Source of the DNA: Phycisphaerales bacterium
Lineage (GTDB): Bacteria > Planctomycetota > Phycisphaerae > Phycisphaerales > UBA1924
Length of the DNA: 64,000 nt
Reading direction: 5' to 3'
Assembly (NCBI GenBank): GCA_041742635.1
Contig: JBGSIF010000175.1
Location: 52-64,051, forward strand
The notes under the pieces were generated by a model that worked only from the letters and a program-made list of their open reading frames with translations, was not told the origin of the DNA and searched no databases. Below, piece after piece: positions 17,454-27,100 of the stretch; positions within the stretch are counted from its first letter, which is position 1, and each line of letters begins with the position of its first letter. A program made the position numbers and the translations under genes.

Positions 17454-19763
17454 GTGAAGATGAAATCTCGTATGAATAGCGGCGTGGTGCGTAGAACGAA
17501 GCGGCGGATGATCGGGCACGACGTCGGCGCGACGCCGGTGCTGGAAATGCTGGAGGCCCGCGCGCTGTTCGCGGGGGACTTCGCCAGCGTGGGGATGCGG
17601 TTCGAGACGTTCGGGTTCGGGAACCTGGATGGGGACGTATTCATCTCCGAAGGGTTCATAGACGACTCGCTGAGCACGTTCGGAGATGTGTTTTCGAGTG
17701 GATCGTTGGACCGGGTGCGGGTGGACACGCTGCCGTACGACTTTATCGAGCAGAGCGCGGACGGACGGTATGTGCGGCATCCTGATCGCGGGTCGTTCGG
17801 GGTGCCTGTGGAATCGAACGGGGCACGATTTTTGGATGCGGACGGATTCCCGGTGGGGTGGTGGTACGGAGACTTCGGTGGCGGGGACAAGGAAGCGGAG
17901 TTCATCGTGGAGCGGCCGGAGAACGCTGAGTACAGCGACTTCGTGGGGGAATGGCGGTTCAGCATGTTGACGATGGACGTCGGGGACGAAGACTTCGACA
18001 ACGGGTACGGGTTGCTGTCGATCGACTTTGATGACGTGCGGTTTGTGAGAGATTCGGGACGGGTGCCGCACACGATCAGCGCGATCGACGTGGTGACGGA
18101 TCGTGGGCGGCTGACGACGGAAGCGGGGGAGTATTTTTACCTGAGCAAGGACAAGTCGGTGATGATCTTCGCGGACATGGCGGAGAACGACGGGGCGGTT
18201 TCGATCGGGGTGGCGGTGCGGACGTCGCCCGCGTTATCGCGGGACGAACTCGTGGGCGGGTACCTGCTGCAGTGGGCGTTCGCGGACACACCGGCGGCGG
18301 ATGGGGCCAACGGGGAGGTGGACTTCCGACAGCGGTTCCTGAGTCTGGAAGCCGACGGGGATTACCGGATCTGGGATTTGGACGATTGGGACTCGGGGCG
18401 GGACGAGAACGAGTACGCGATCTCGCGTGGGTTCTGGCGTGTGTCGGGGAATCGGTTGATATTGGAAAGAAGGGATTCGGACGATGTGGTGGTGATGGGG
18501 GTGTCGCCGAACGGTTCGACGCTGGTGGCGTTGTCGCTGGATGATGGGGAGATATTCAGCCCGGTGTTGGGTGTGGGAACGCGGGCGTTCCCGAACGGGA
18601 TTGTGCCGCCCCCGCCAAGCGGGGTGGACGCGGTGATCGCGGTGCCGGCGGCGGGCGAGTTCGGAAGGCCGCTGGTGTACGCGCTGGGGACGGACTACGT
18701 GTGGGAAGTGGTGGACCTGATCCGCGAAGCGGGTGGACCGACGCCGACGGGCGGTGCCGGTGATGTGGCGACGTGGATCGATACGAAGGACGGGCGCACG
18801 TATGCGGCGGCGACGAGCGCGCAGGGCCTGGTGTTGTACTCGCAGCCGAGCAGCGGGAACTGGACGTACCGGATTTTGACGAGTGAGATAGCGGGGGCGA
18901 ACGCGATCGTGGGCGGGGCGGAAGGCGGCGGCGTGCAGGTGATGACCAGCCCGGACGGGATGGTCCATATCACCGGCTTGAACGCGGCTGGGGATGTCGT
19001 GCGGTACTACCAGACGGGCGAGCGGCTCACGTCGTCGGCGGCGTTCCGGTGGTTCTTCGCCGACACAGGGGACGACCTGGCACAGGTTGGGCAACACACG
19101 CCTGTCTTCGCGGGCGGGCTGGTGAGTTACGCGACGTCGTGGGGCGGACTGAACGTCGCGGGGATCGAGGAATCGACGGGCACGATCTGGGTGGTGTGGT
19201 GGGCACCTGGGCAGACACGGTGGACGCTGACGACGCTGGCGCCGACACTGTCGCCGCCGGACTACACAGTGGCGGGCGGGCTGTCGGCGTACCTGACGCC
19301 TTGGGGCGGGATTAATTTATCGGTGATCGACACGGCGGGGGACCTTCGGGTCACATGGTGGGTGCCGGGGTTCGGGGGCAACTGGCGGCGGAGCAACCTG
19401 ACGGACGAGGTGAACGGAGGAGCCGGGCCTGCGCTGCGTCCGGACTCGATCAGCACGTATGTGTCGTCATGGGGGGGGCTGAACATCGTGGGGCTTGACG
19501 CGAGCAGCGGGGATGTGCGGGTGTATTGGTGGTCGCCGGAACGGACGAATATTGGATGGGCGGTGACGTCGCTGACAGCGGCGGTGCCGCCCGGCACGGA
19601 GCGGATCGTTGATAGCCCAATTCTGGGACGAGCCTCAGAAGACCGGAGCCTGAATGTGTTCGGGTACGCGGAGGGGGGTTCGTTTGTGCGGTACTTCTGG
19701 CTGCCGGAGTTCGGCGGTGCGTGGCAGGTGGAGGACTTGACGGCGATCGCGGTAGATCGGTGA
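17454..19763 (+). CDS. exported repeat protein, probable beta-propeller C-terminal half
   Basis: The N-terminus contains LEMLEARALFAG. The C-terminal ~300 aa carry at least 4 repeats of the form Y.(S/T).WGG(L/I)N..G.D..G...V.WW.P....W....L. Confidence 0.6.
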   Translation: MKMKSRMNSGVVRRTKRRMIGHDVGATPVLEMLEARALFAGDFASVGMRFETFGFGNLDGDVFISEGFIDDSLSTFGDVFSSGSLDRVRVDTLPYDFIEQSADGRYVRHPDRGSFGVPVESNGARFLDADGFPVGWWYGDFGGGDKEAEFIVERPENAEYSDFVGEWRFSMLTMDVGDEDFDNGYGLLSIDFDDVRFVRDSGRVPHTISAIDVVTDRGRLTTEAGEYFYLSKDKSVMIFADMAENDGAVSIGVAVRTSPALSRDELVGGYLLQWAFADTPAADGANGEVDFRQRFLSLEADGDYRIWDLDDWDSGRDENEYAISRGFWRVSGNRLILERRDSDDVVVMGVSPNGSTLVALSLDDGEIFSPVLGVGTRAFPNGIVPPPPSGVDAVIAVPAAGEFGRPLVYALGTDYVWEVVDLIREAGGPTPTGGAGDVATWIDTKDGRTYAAATSAQGLVLYSQPSSGNWTYRILTSEIAGANAIVGGAEGGGVQVMTSPDGMVHITGLNAAGDVVRYYQTGERLTSSAAFRWFFADTGDDLAQVGQHTPVFAGGLVSYATSWGGLNVAGIEESTGTIWVVWWAPGQTRWTLTTLAPTLSPPDYTVAGGLSAYLTPWGGINLSVIDTAGDLRVTWWVPGFGGNWRRSNLTDEVNGGAGPALRPDSISTYVSSWGGLNIVGLDASSGDVRVYWWSPERTNIGWAVTSLTAAVPPGTERIVDSPILGRASEDRSLNVFGYAEGGSFVRYFWLPEFGGAWQVEDLTAIAVDR

Positions 19764-19767
19764 AGTA

Positions 19768-19793
19768 GGGAAGAGATCGAGGGATCGAGGGTC
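19768..19793. repeat. octamer-repeat remnant (GGGAAGAGATCGAGGGATCGAGGGTC)
   Basis: Lies in the 42-bp spacer between convergent genes. It has the same GAAG(G/A)GATCGAGGGATCGAGG lead as the elements in leuS and uvrC. Confidence 0.6.
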
Positions 19794-19805
19794 AATTTGG
19801 CGGGA

Positions 19806-20582
19806 TTAGCACCGGGCGTATTTCACGATACAGCGGAGTGCGGAGACGCCGTCGCGCCAGGTGATTTTTTTACCTTCTTCGTAGGTACGGCCTGCGTAGG
19901 AGACGCCGACTTCGTAGACGCGAGCGGAGCGATTGTTGAGGCGTAGCCGCGCAACCTTGGCGACGAGTTCAGGCTCGACGCCGAAGCGGTCCTCCTGGAT
20001 GCGAATCTGCTCGATGACAGGGCGAGTGAAGGCCTTGAGGCAGCACTCGATGTCGGTGAGGTTGAGGTTCGTGAGCATGTTCGAGCAGGTGGTGATAAAC
20101 CAGTTGGCGACGGCGTGCCAGAAGTAGAGGACGCGGTGGGTGTCGCCGAGGAAGCGTGAACCGAAGACGGCGTCGGCGCGGCCGTCGATGATGGGCTCGA
20201 GGAGTTTGGCGTGGTCGCGCGGGTCGTACTCGAGATCGGCGTCCTGGATCACCACAATGTCGGCGCCGAGGGCAAGCGCGGCGTCGAAACCGGCGCGGAC
20301 GGCGGCGCCCTTGCCACGGTTAACGGGCTGCAGGATCGGATGGATCACCCCCCCTTGCTCGCTCGTGCGGTTGCGGAGGGCTTCGACGAGGGCGCGGGTG
20401 CCGTCGGTGGAGCCGTCGTCGATAACGATGATGTGGCGTTCTACCCCCCCTGCACCCAGTGCCCCGATCTCCCCCCCACTTCCCGACGTCGTGCCAACTG
20501 GAGGAGTGACCAGGAGGCGTTCGAGCAAGCGCGGGAAGAGCGCGGCTTCGTTGAAGACCGGGATGATGACGGCGTAGCGCAT
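19806..20582 (-). CDS. family-2 glycosyltransferase (polyprenol-phosphate sugar transferase-like)
   Basis: [13 protein letters not shown]...[11 protein letters not shown]...DADLEYDP are typical GT2 motifs. Confidence 0.8.
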   Translation of the reverse strand: MRYAVIIPVFNEAALFPRLLERLLVTPPVGTTSGSGGEIGALGAGGVERHIIVIDDGSTDGTRALVEALRNRTSEQGGVIHPILQPVNRGKGAAVRAGFDAALALGADIVVIQDADLEYDPRDHAKLLEPIIDGRADAVFGSRFLGDTHRVLYFWHAVANWFITTCSNMLTNLNLTDIECCLKAFTRPVIEQIRIQEDRFGVEPELVAKVARLRLNNRSARVYEVGVSYAGRTYEEGKKITWRDGVSALRCIVKYARC

Positions 20583-20804
20583 GGGAGGGTGCGATGGCGG
20601 GGCGACACAGGGTCGATGATATCAAGGATATTACAACGCTGGACGGGCTGAGCGGCGAACGTGCCGCTCGTGACCGGCCTTGTGTGGTGGTGGCTCGATG
20701 CTGAGACCATCGTTGACTACGCGGTATCCATCGGCACGCGATTCGCCCCCAAATAGAAGCACGAAGACGCCAGCGGTACGACTTCGGGGCCGCGCCGCCC
20801 CGAG

Positions 20805-21170
20805 TCATTCTTCGCGCAGGATTTTCTCCATCGCTCGACCCTTGGCGAGTTCATCGACGAGTTTGTCGAGGTATCGGGCTTGCTGGGTCAGCGGGTTCTT
20901 GATGTCTTCGACCCGGTAGCCGCAGATGACGCCGGTGATCAGGCTCGCACGCGGGTTGAGTTTGGCTTGGCGGAAGAACGCTTCAAAGGTCGCCTGGTCT
21001 TTGATGAGTTTCTGCAGCGAGCGTTCATTGAAGCCGGTCAGCCAGTTGATCACCTGATGCAGTTCCGCTTTGGTCCGCCCCTTCTTTTCGACCTTCGCCA
21101 GGTAGTGCGGGTAGACGGACGAGAAGGTCAGTTTGGCGACGCGTGTATCGTGATCGAGTGCGCGGCTCAT
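20805..21170 (-). CDS. DUF2200-like small protein
   Basis: 121 aa starting at ATG 21170. FSSVYPHYLAKVEKKGRTKAEL..VI.WLTG matches my memory of DUF2200. The upstream part of the track ORF is Arg/His-rich junk. Confidence 0.6.
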   Translation of the reverse strand: MSRALDHDTRVAKLTFSSVYPHYLAKVEKKGRTKAELHQVINWLTGFNERSLQKLIKDQATFEAFFRQAKLNPRASLITGVICGYRVEDIKNPLTQQARYLDKLVDELAKGRAMEKILREE

Positions 21171-21256
21171 GGGGCGGTCCTCATGCTGATCGCAGAGCAT
21201 CAAACGGTGGGTGTTGGGCGAGGCCGGGCGGGCCAAGGCCCGGGCAGGTACCCGAA

Positions 21257-22567
21257 TCACCGATCCAGTTCCGCCGCGACGACGTTGATGGAGCCGATGA
21301 TGGCGACGATGTCGCTGAGCAGGTGGCCCTCGGTAAGTTTCTGCATGATGGAATAGTTGATGAAGCAGGCGGGACGGGTTTTGACGCGCCATGGGCGGGC
21401 GGTGCCGTCGGAGACGATGTAGAAGCCCTGCTCACCGTTGGGGCCTTCGTTCCAGCCGTAGGTCTCGGCGACGGGGGGCTTCCAGCCGCGGTTGGACATG
21501 ATGAGTTCAAAGTGCTGGATGAGGCCTTCGATGGAGCCGTAGACGTCTTTTTTGCTGGGCTTGGTGATCTTGCCGTCGGCGAAGGTATCGACGGGACCGG
21601 GGGGGATGTTGTCGATGAGTTGCTTGATGATCTCGATGGACTGCTTGATTTCTTCGATGCGGACGTGGAAGCGGGCGAAGACATCGCCGCCGCCGCCGCC
21701 GTTGGCGGGGTCGTTGGCGACGATGACCTTGAACTTAACAGCGGGGGCGCCCTGTCCGTCCCAGTTGTCGGCGTAGCAGAGGTAGGGCATGTCCTTGCGG
21801 AGGTCGCGGGCGACGCCGGAGGCGCGAGCCATGGGGCCGGACATGCTGTGAGCGATGGCGTCTTCTCGGGTGAGCACGCCGATACCGACGGCGCGGTCGA
21901 GGAAGATGCGGTTCTTCATGAGAAGTTTTTCGGCGTCCTCGATGGCGCGTGGGAGTTCATCGAGGATGAACTTCTTGACCATTTTCTTGAAGATGGCTTC
22001 ATCGGGAAGGTCTTGCATGAGACCGCCGACGCGGGACCAGTCGGGGTGAAAGCGTTGGCCGGAGATGAAGTCGACGATGTCGTAGATGGTTTCGCGCGGG
22101 TTGAAGCAGTAGAGAAAGGCGGTGAAGGCGCCGAGGTCCAGCCCCGCCGCGCCGACGCAAAGGAGGTGGTTCTGGATCCGCGCCATCTCGTTCATGATGG
22201 TTCGGAGGACCTTGCAGCGCGGGGTGATATCAATGCCGAAGAGGCGTTCGACCGCGCCGTGCCAGGTGATGTCGTTGTGGATCGGCGACAGATAGTCCAT
22301 GCGCGACACGATGGTCACGTACTGGTTGTAATCCAGGTGCTCGCCGAGTTTCTCGAAGCCGGAGTGGAGGTAGCCGATGTGGGGCGTGCAGCGTGCGATG
22401 CGCTCGCCATCGAGTTCGAGGACGAGGCGGAGGGTGGTGTGGGTGGCGGGGTGCTGGGGACCGAAGTTGAGCACCCAGCGTTCGCCGGTATCGACGTGGT
22501 TGGAGAGGTAGCCGGTGGAATCGACATCGACGTCGAGGCCGTCGTGGGGTTTGAGGGTGAAAGGCAT
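21257..22567 (-). CDS. nuoD: NADH-quinone oxidoreductase subunit D
   Basis: NFGPQHPATHTTLRLVLELDGE, HIGYLHSGFEKL, and a C-terminal ...VAIIGSINVVAAELDR. Start set at ATG 22567 (MPFTLKP). Confidence 0.85.
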   Translation of the reverse strand: MPFTLKPHDGLDVDVDSTGYLSNHVDTGERWVLNFGPQHPATHTTLRLVLELDGERIARCTPHIGYLHSGFEKLGEHLDYNQYVTIVSRMDYLSPIHNDITWHGAVERLFGIDITPRCKVLRTIMNEMARIQNHLLCVGAAGLDLGAFTAFLYCFNPRETIYDIVDFISGQRFHPDWSRVGGLMQDLPDEAIFKKMVKKFILDELPRAIEDAEKLLMKNRIFLDRAVGIGVLTREDAIAHSMSGPMARASGVARDLRKDMPYLCYADNWDGQGAPAVKFKVIVANDPANGGGGGDVFARFHVRIEEIKQSIEIIKQLIDNIPPGPVDTFADGKITKPSKKDVYGSIEGLIQHFELIMSNRGWKPPVAETYGWNEGPNGEQGFYIVSDGTARPWRVKTRPACFINYSIMQKLTEGHLLSDIVAIIGSINVVAAELDR

Positions 22568-22852
22568 AGGCCAGATGGTATGCGGGAAGGCGGGCCGGCC
22601 GAGTGAGGCGCCGGGGGCAAATGGGGAGGGTAACGGGGGGCGATTCATGCCCTGTGATGCAGGCGGCGAGGCACCGACCAACCGGCGATGGGCATCTACA
22701 CCAATGTGAGGAGAGCATCGTCTGCCTCACAGGGGTAAGGCGGGTGGTGAGTATGCAGTGCGCTCGACGGATTCCGATACTTTGAAGAAGCGCGACGAAT
22801 CGCTCCGAGGACTCCGCTCATCGTCGGCGTGTGTGCACCGATGTCGCGCCGA

Positions 22853-23770
22853 CTAGCCGATGCTGCGGGTGCTTTCGACGCTGGGGGCGGTGGGGAGTTT
22901 CTGGGCGACGCCGAGGAGGTCTTCGGCGTAGTTGGTTTCAGCGCGTCGTTCGGTGATGGGGCCGTCGGGGTCGCCGCGGAGAAACTGGCGTATGAGTTGC
23001 TGCTCGGTAGGCATGAGGCGAGCAGCCTCGAGGGGCGTTCGGCGCAGCGCGTCGAACCAATCGCGCGACTCGACGGTGAGCATGCGTCCCTTGTCGAGCA
23101 TGGCCATGCGGTCGGCAATTGTGAAGGCCGAGTCCATCTCGTGGGTGACAACGACGCTGGTGACGCCGAGTTTTTTGGTGAGGTCAACGATGAGACGGTC
23201 AATCTCGGCGCTGGTGACGGGATCGAGGCCGGCGGAAGGCTCGTCATAAAAGAGGATGCGGGGATCGAGTGCGAGGGCACGCGCGAGGCCGGCGCGTTTT
23301 TTCATACCGCCCGAGATCTGGGCGGGGTATTTGCCGGCGTGCTCGCGGAGGCCGACGAGTTCGAGTTTGATTTTGACCTGGATATCGATGATCTCTCGGC
23401 CAAGGTCCGTGTGCTCTTGGAGTGGGAGGGCCACGTTGTCGGCGATGGTCATGGAGTTGAAGAGCGCGCCGGACTGGAAGAGGATGCCGAACTTCAGGCG
23501 GAGTTCGTCCATGTCGGACTCGCGGAGGTCGATGGTCTCCTGGCCGAAGAGCATGATGGAGCCGGCGTCGGGCTTGATGGAGCCGATCATGGAGCGGAGG
23601 AGGGTGCTTTTGCCGGAACCGGAGCCACCCATGATGACCATGGTCTCGCCGGGGAAGACGTCGAGGGAGACGCCGTCGAGGACGGCGCGCCCCTCGAATT
23701 TTTTGACGAGGTTGCGCACGGAGATGATTGGCTCAGGAGACGGCGGCGGTGAAAGATCGTGGGCAGGCAC
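22853..23770 (-). CDS. ABC transporter ATP-binding protein (MlaF-like)
   Basis: Walker A GGSGSGKST, signature ISGGMKKRAGLARAL, Walker B ILFYDEPSAGLD. It has a C-terminal extension. GTG start, uncertain. Confidence 0.8.
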   Translation of the reverse strand: MPAHDLSPPPSPEPIISVRNLVKKFEGRAVLDGVSLDVFPGETMVIMGGSGSGKSTLLRSMIGSIKPDAGSIMLFGQETIDLRESDMDELRLKFGILFQSGALFNSMTIADNVALPLQEHTDLGREIIDIQVKIKLELVGLREHAGKYPAQISGGMKKRAGLARALALDPRILFYDEPSAGLDPVTSAEIDRLIVDLTKKLGVTSVVVTHEMDSAFTIADRMAMLDKGRMLTVESRDWFDALRRTPLEAARLMPTEQQLIRQFLRGDPDGPITERRAETNYAEDLLGVAQKLPTAPSVESTRSIG

Positions 23771-23835
23771 GACGGAATATAGGTGAGAAACGAGCGGTCG
23801 GGGGCGCTGCGGCTATGCGCGGCACGGGGAACGGT

Positions 23836-23864
23836 TTGCCGTTGCGGTGCGGTGTTTCTATACT
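23836..23864 (+). promoter_or_regulatory. sigma70-like promoter candidate (TTGCCG-17 nt-TATACT)
   Basis: The hexamers and 17-nt spacing were read directly. No annotated plus-strand gene starts before the hairpin at 24001. Confidence 0.3.
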
Positions 23865-24000
23865 GTTGCCGAACGAGTAGGCTCATACAGGTATTGCCGA
23901 TGTACTACTTGACGCAGGAACTCCGCTCGCCGCTTCGGCTCTTTCGAGAGTCAGCGAGGTAGTGCGCCCACGGATCGTGCGATGAAAGAGATCATCACAG

Positions 24001-24028
24001 GCCCCGCGAGCGCGGGGCTTGTTTGTTG
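24001..24028 (+). terminator. intrinsic terminator/attenuator-like hairpin 110 nt upstream of leuS
   Basis: GCCCCGC-GAGC-GCGGGGC (7-bp GC stem, tetraloop) followed by TTGTTTGTTG. Confidence 0.55.
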
Positions 24029-24137
24029 AATAGGGAAGTGGATTGGGGGGAGTGTCGAAACGGCGTGCGACGCCGTGCAAACCAAGGCCGGCCTGTAGCG
24101 CCGGACGACCAGACGGCCGACCAGTAACGAGGCACCC

Positions 24138-27100
24138 ATGTCGATTCCGATCGAACCGCCGAGCACGCCGAGTACGACCCCGCACAGCACGACCGAGCAG
24201 CCGCGGTTTCGGTATACCGCCGCGCTCGCGGACGACATCGAAACACGGTGGCAGCAGGAGTGGGACCAGCGGCAGACGTTCCGTCAACCCAACCCTGGCG
24301 AAACGGGGTTCGACGGGACGAAGCCGAAGTTCTATTGCCTCGATATGTTTCCCTACCCATCGGGCGCGGGCCTGCACGTCGGCCATCCCGAGGGGTACAC
24401 GGCAACGGACATCCTGTGCCGGTATAAGCGGATGCAGGGATTCAACGTGCTGCACCCGATGGGGTGGGATGCGTTCGGCTTGCCCGCCGAGCAATACGCG
24501 ATCCAGACCGGCATCCACCCCGCGATCACCACGCGCACTGCGATCGACAACTTCCGCCGACAACTCAAACGGTTCGGGTTCAGTTATGATTGGTCGCGTG
24601 AGTTCGGCACCATCGACCCGACGTACTACAAGTGGACCCAGTGGATCTTCTTGCAGTTGTACGGGGCGTGGATGTGTGAAGAAGGGATCGAGGGATCGAG
24701 GGATCGAGGGATCGAGGGGAGAGCGCGACCGATTTCTGAGTTGTTGGCCAAGTTGGAGCGCGGCGAGATTGCGGCGCAGGTGAACCCGAAGGCGGCGGAG
24801 GTAAAGCCGCTCTCGCCCGCGCCGACGAGTTGGGCCGCGGCGACCGCCGAAGAACGACGCACGATCATCGACAGTTACCGGCTGGCGTATCTGGGGGAGC
24901 AAACGGTGAACTGGTGCCCAAGGCTCGGCACGGTTTTGGCGAACGATGAAGTGATCGACGGACGGAGCGAGCGTGGCGGGCATCCGGTGCTGCGCAAGCC
25001 GCTGAAGCAGTGGACCTTCCGGATCACGGCTTACGCCGAGCGTTTGCTGGGCGGCTTAAAGAAACTCGATTGGCCCGAATCAACGAAAGCGATGCAGTCG
25101 GAGTGGATCGGGCGCAGCGAAGGGGCGGAGATTGAGTTTGAGTTGGAAGGTGAGAAGGCATCAATCCGCGTCTTCACCACCCGCCCCGATACGGTCTTCG
25201 GCGCGACCTACATGGGTGTCGCGCCGGAGCATCCGCTGGTGAGCCGCATCATTGCTTCGCCCGCCGCGGAGACGTGCGTACCCGCGCTGCGCGCGTACGT
25301 CGATCGGACCAAGAGCCGATCGGACATCGAGCGGATGGAGAGCAAGGAAAAGACGGGGGTCTTCACCGGCGTGTACGCCATCAACCCGGCGACCCGCCAG
25401 CGGATCCCGGTCTGGGTGGCGGACTACGTCTTGATGGGCTACGGGCACGGGGCGATCATGGCGGTGCCGGCGCACGACGAACGCGACTTCGAGTTCGCCG
25501 TCAAGTTCGGGCTCCCGATCCGCGATGTGGTCTACCCGAGGGTGCAACTGGCGATGGCACACTTTGCGAAGTACGCGCCCGCGGAGGTGCGCACGAACGA
25601 GCGATGGACGGGGGTGCTGGCGGACTTCCTGGGGTGGATCACGAGCAACAACGCCGGTGCGGAGCGGTTCGGGGAAGGGCTGGGGGTGGTGACATCGCGC
25701 CGCCATCCGCCGATGGGTGGGACGGCGGTGCAGATCCACAGTGCCGAAGCGCCGCCGATCGAGCGACCGGGTTCAATCGGCGAACGCCGGGGCGTATCGA
25801 GCATCCAATGGCTCGACGCGATTGCCGAGATGAAGTTCGCGGGGATCGACGATTTCACGGCTCGTTTCCAACACGGTCGGTTGTTTGTGACGTTGGGCGA
25901 AGCGTTCGTCGGCGCCGGGAACGAAGGCACCCTAGTGAACTCCGCGAATGACGAAGTGTCACTCGACGGGCTGCATGTAGACGCGGCGAAAACAACGATT
26001 GTGGACTGGCTGGATCGAACGAAGGTGGGAAATAAACGTGTGAACTATCGACTGCGCGATTGGACGTTCAGCCGGCAACGGTACTGGGGCGAGCCGTTCC
26101 CGATCGTGTTTGATGCGCACGGGAACCACTATCCGGTGAGCGATTCGGCGTTGCCGGTGGTGCTACCGGAGTTGGCGGATTACGCGCCGGTGGAGAGCGA
26201 AGACCCGATGCCGCTGCTGGCCAAAGCGACGATGTGGATGAACACGACGGCGGGGGCCGCCGGAGTATCGTCGGCGTTGTTGGCGCCCGAGGCACCGGTG
26301 CGGCGTGAGAGCAACACCATGCCCGGCAGCGCGGGGAGTTCGTGGTACGCCATCCGATACTGCGATCCGAAGAACGATGGCAGGTTTGTAAGTAAAACGG
26401 CAGATCGGTATTGGATGGGGGATGGGTACGCCGGCGTCGATCAATACATGGGCGGATCGGAGCACGCCGTGGGGCACTTGCTGTATTCGCGGTTCTGGCA
26501 CATGGTGCTGCACGACCTGGGGCATGTGAGCACGATGGAGCCGTTCGAGCGTTTGTTCCATCAGGGGCTGATCACGAGTTTCGCGTACCAGCGAAAAGAC
26601 AAGACGCTCGTTGCGACGGACTTGGTGGAAGAAACAGGCGAAGGGAAGTTCGTCGAGCGAGCGACGGGGCAACCGGTGACGCAGATCGTGGCGAAGATGT
26701 CCAAGTCCCTCAAAAACGTCGTCAACCCCGACGACATCATCAACGAGTTCGGGGCGGACACGTTCCGACTGTACGAGATGTACATGGGACCGCTGGAAGC
26801 GACCAAACCCTGGAACACACGCGACATCGTGGGGTTGCAGCGATTCTTGCAGCGTCTGTGGCGGGTGACGGTGAACGAGCAGACCGGCGAACTGAAGATC
26901 GCAACGGCAGGGAGCGAAACCGTCGAGCGACAGATGCACAAAGCGATCGCCAAAGTGGGGCCGGATATCGAGCGGATGGCGTTCAACACGGGGATCGCCG
27001 CGCTGATCGAGTTTGTGAACGTGGCGACGAAGGAAGCCGGGGAATCAGCGGGGTCGGCGTCACTCACACGGGATCAGATCGATCGGCTGGCGCGGATCAT

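Noticed and set aside
23880-24137. A T-box leader or Leu-rich leader-peptide attenuator for leuS.
   Set aside because: No T-box consensus (AAUNNGGGUGGUACCGCG-like) was seen. The 20-codon ORF has scattered rather than consecutive Leu codons and no RBS. Only the generic candidate sRNA/leader finding was kept.
24684-24715. Whether the tandem GGGATCGA array could be a CRISPR array.
   Set aside because: The units are 8 nt, contiguous and have no spacers. They lie inside a conserved ORF, and no cas genes are in the window.
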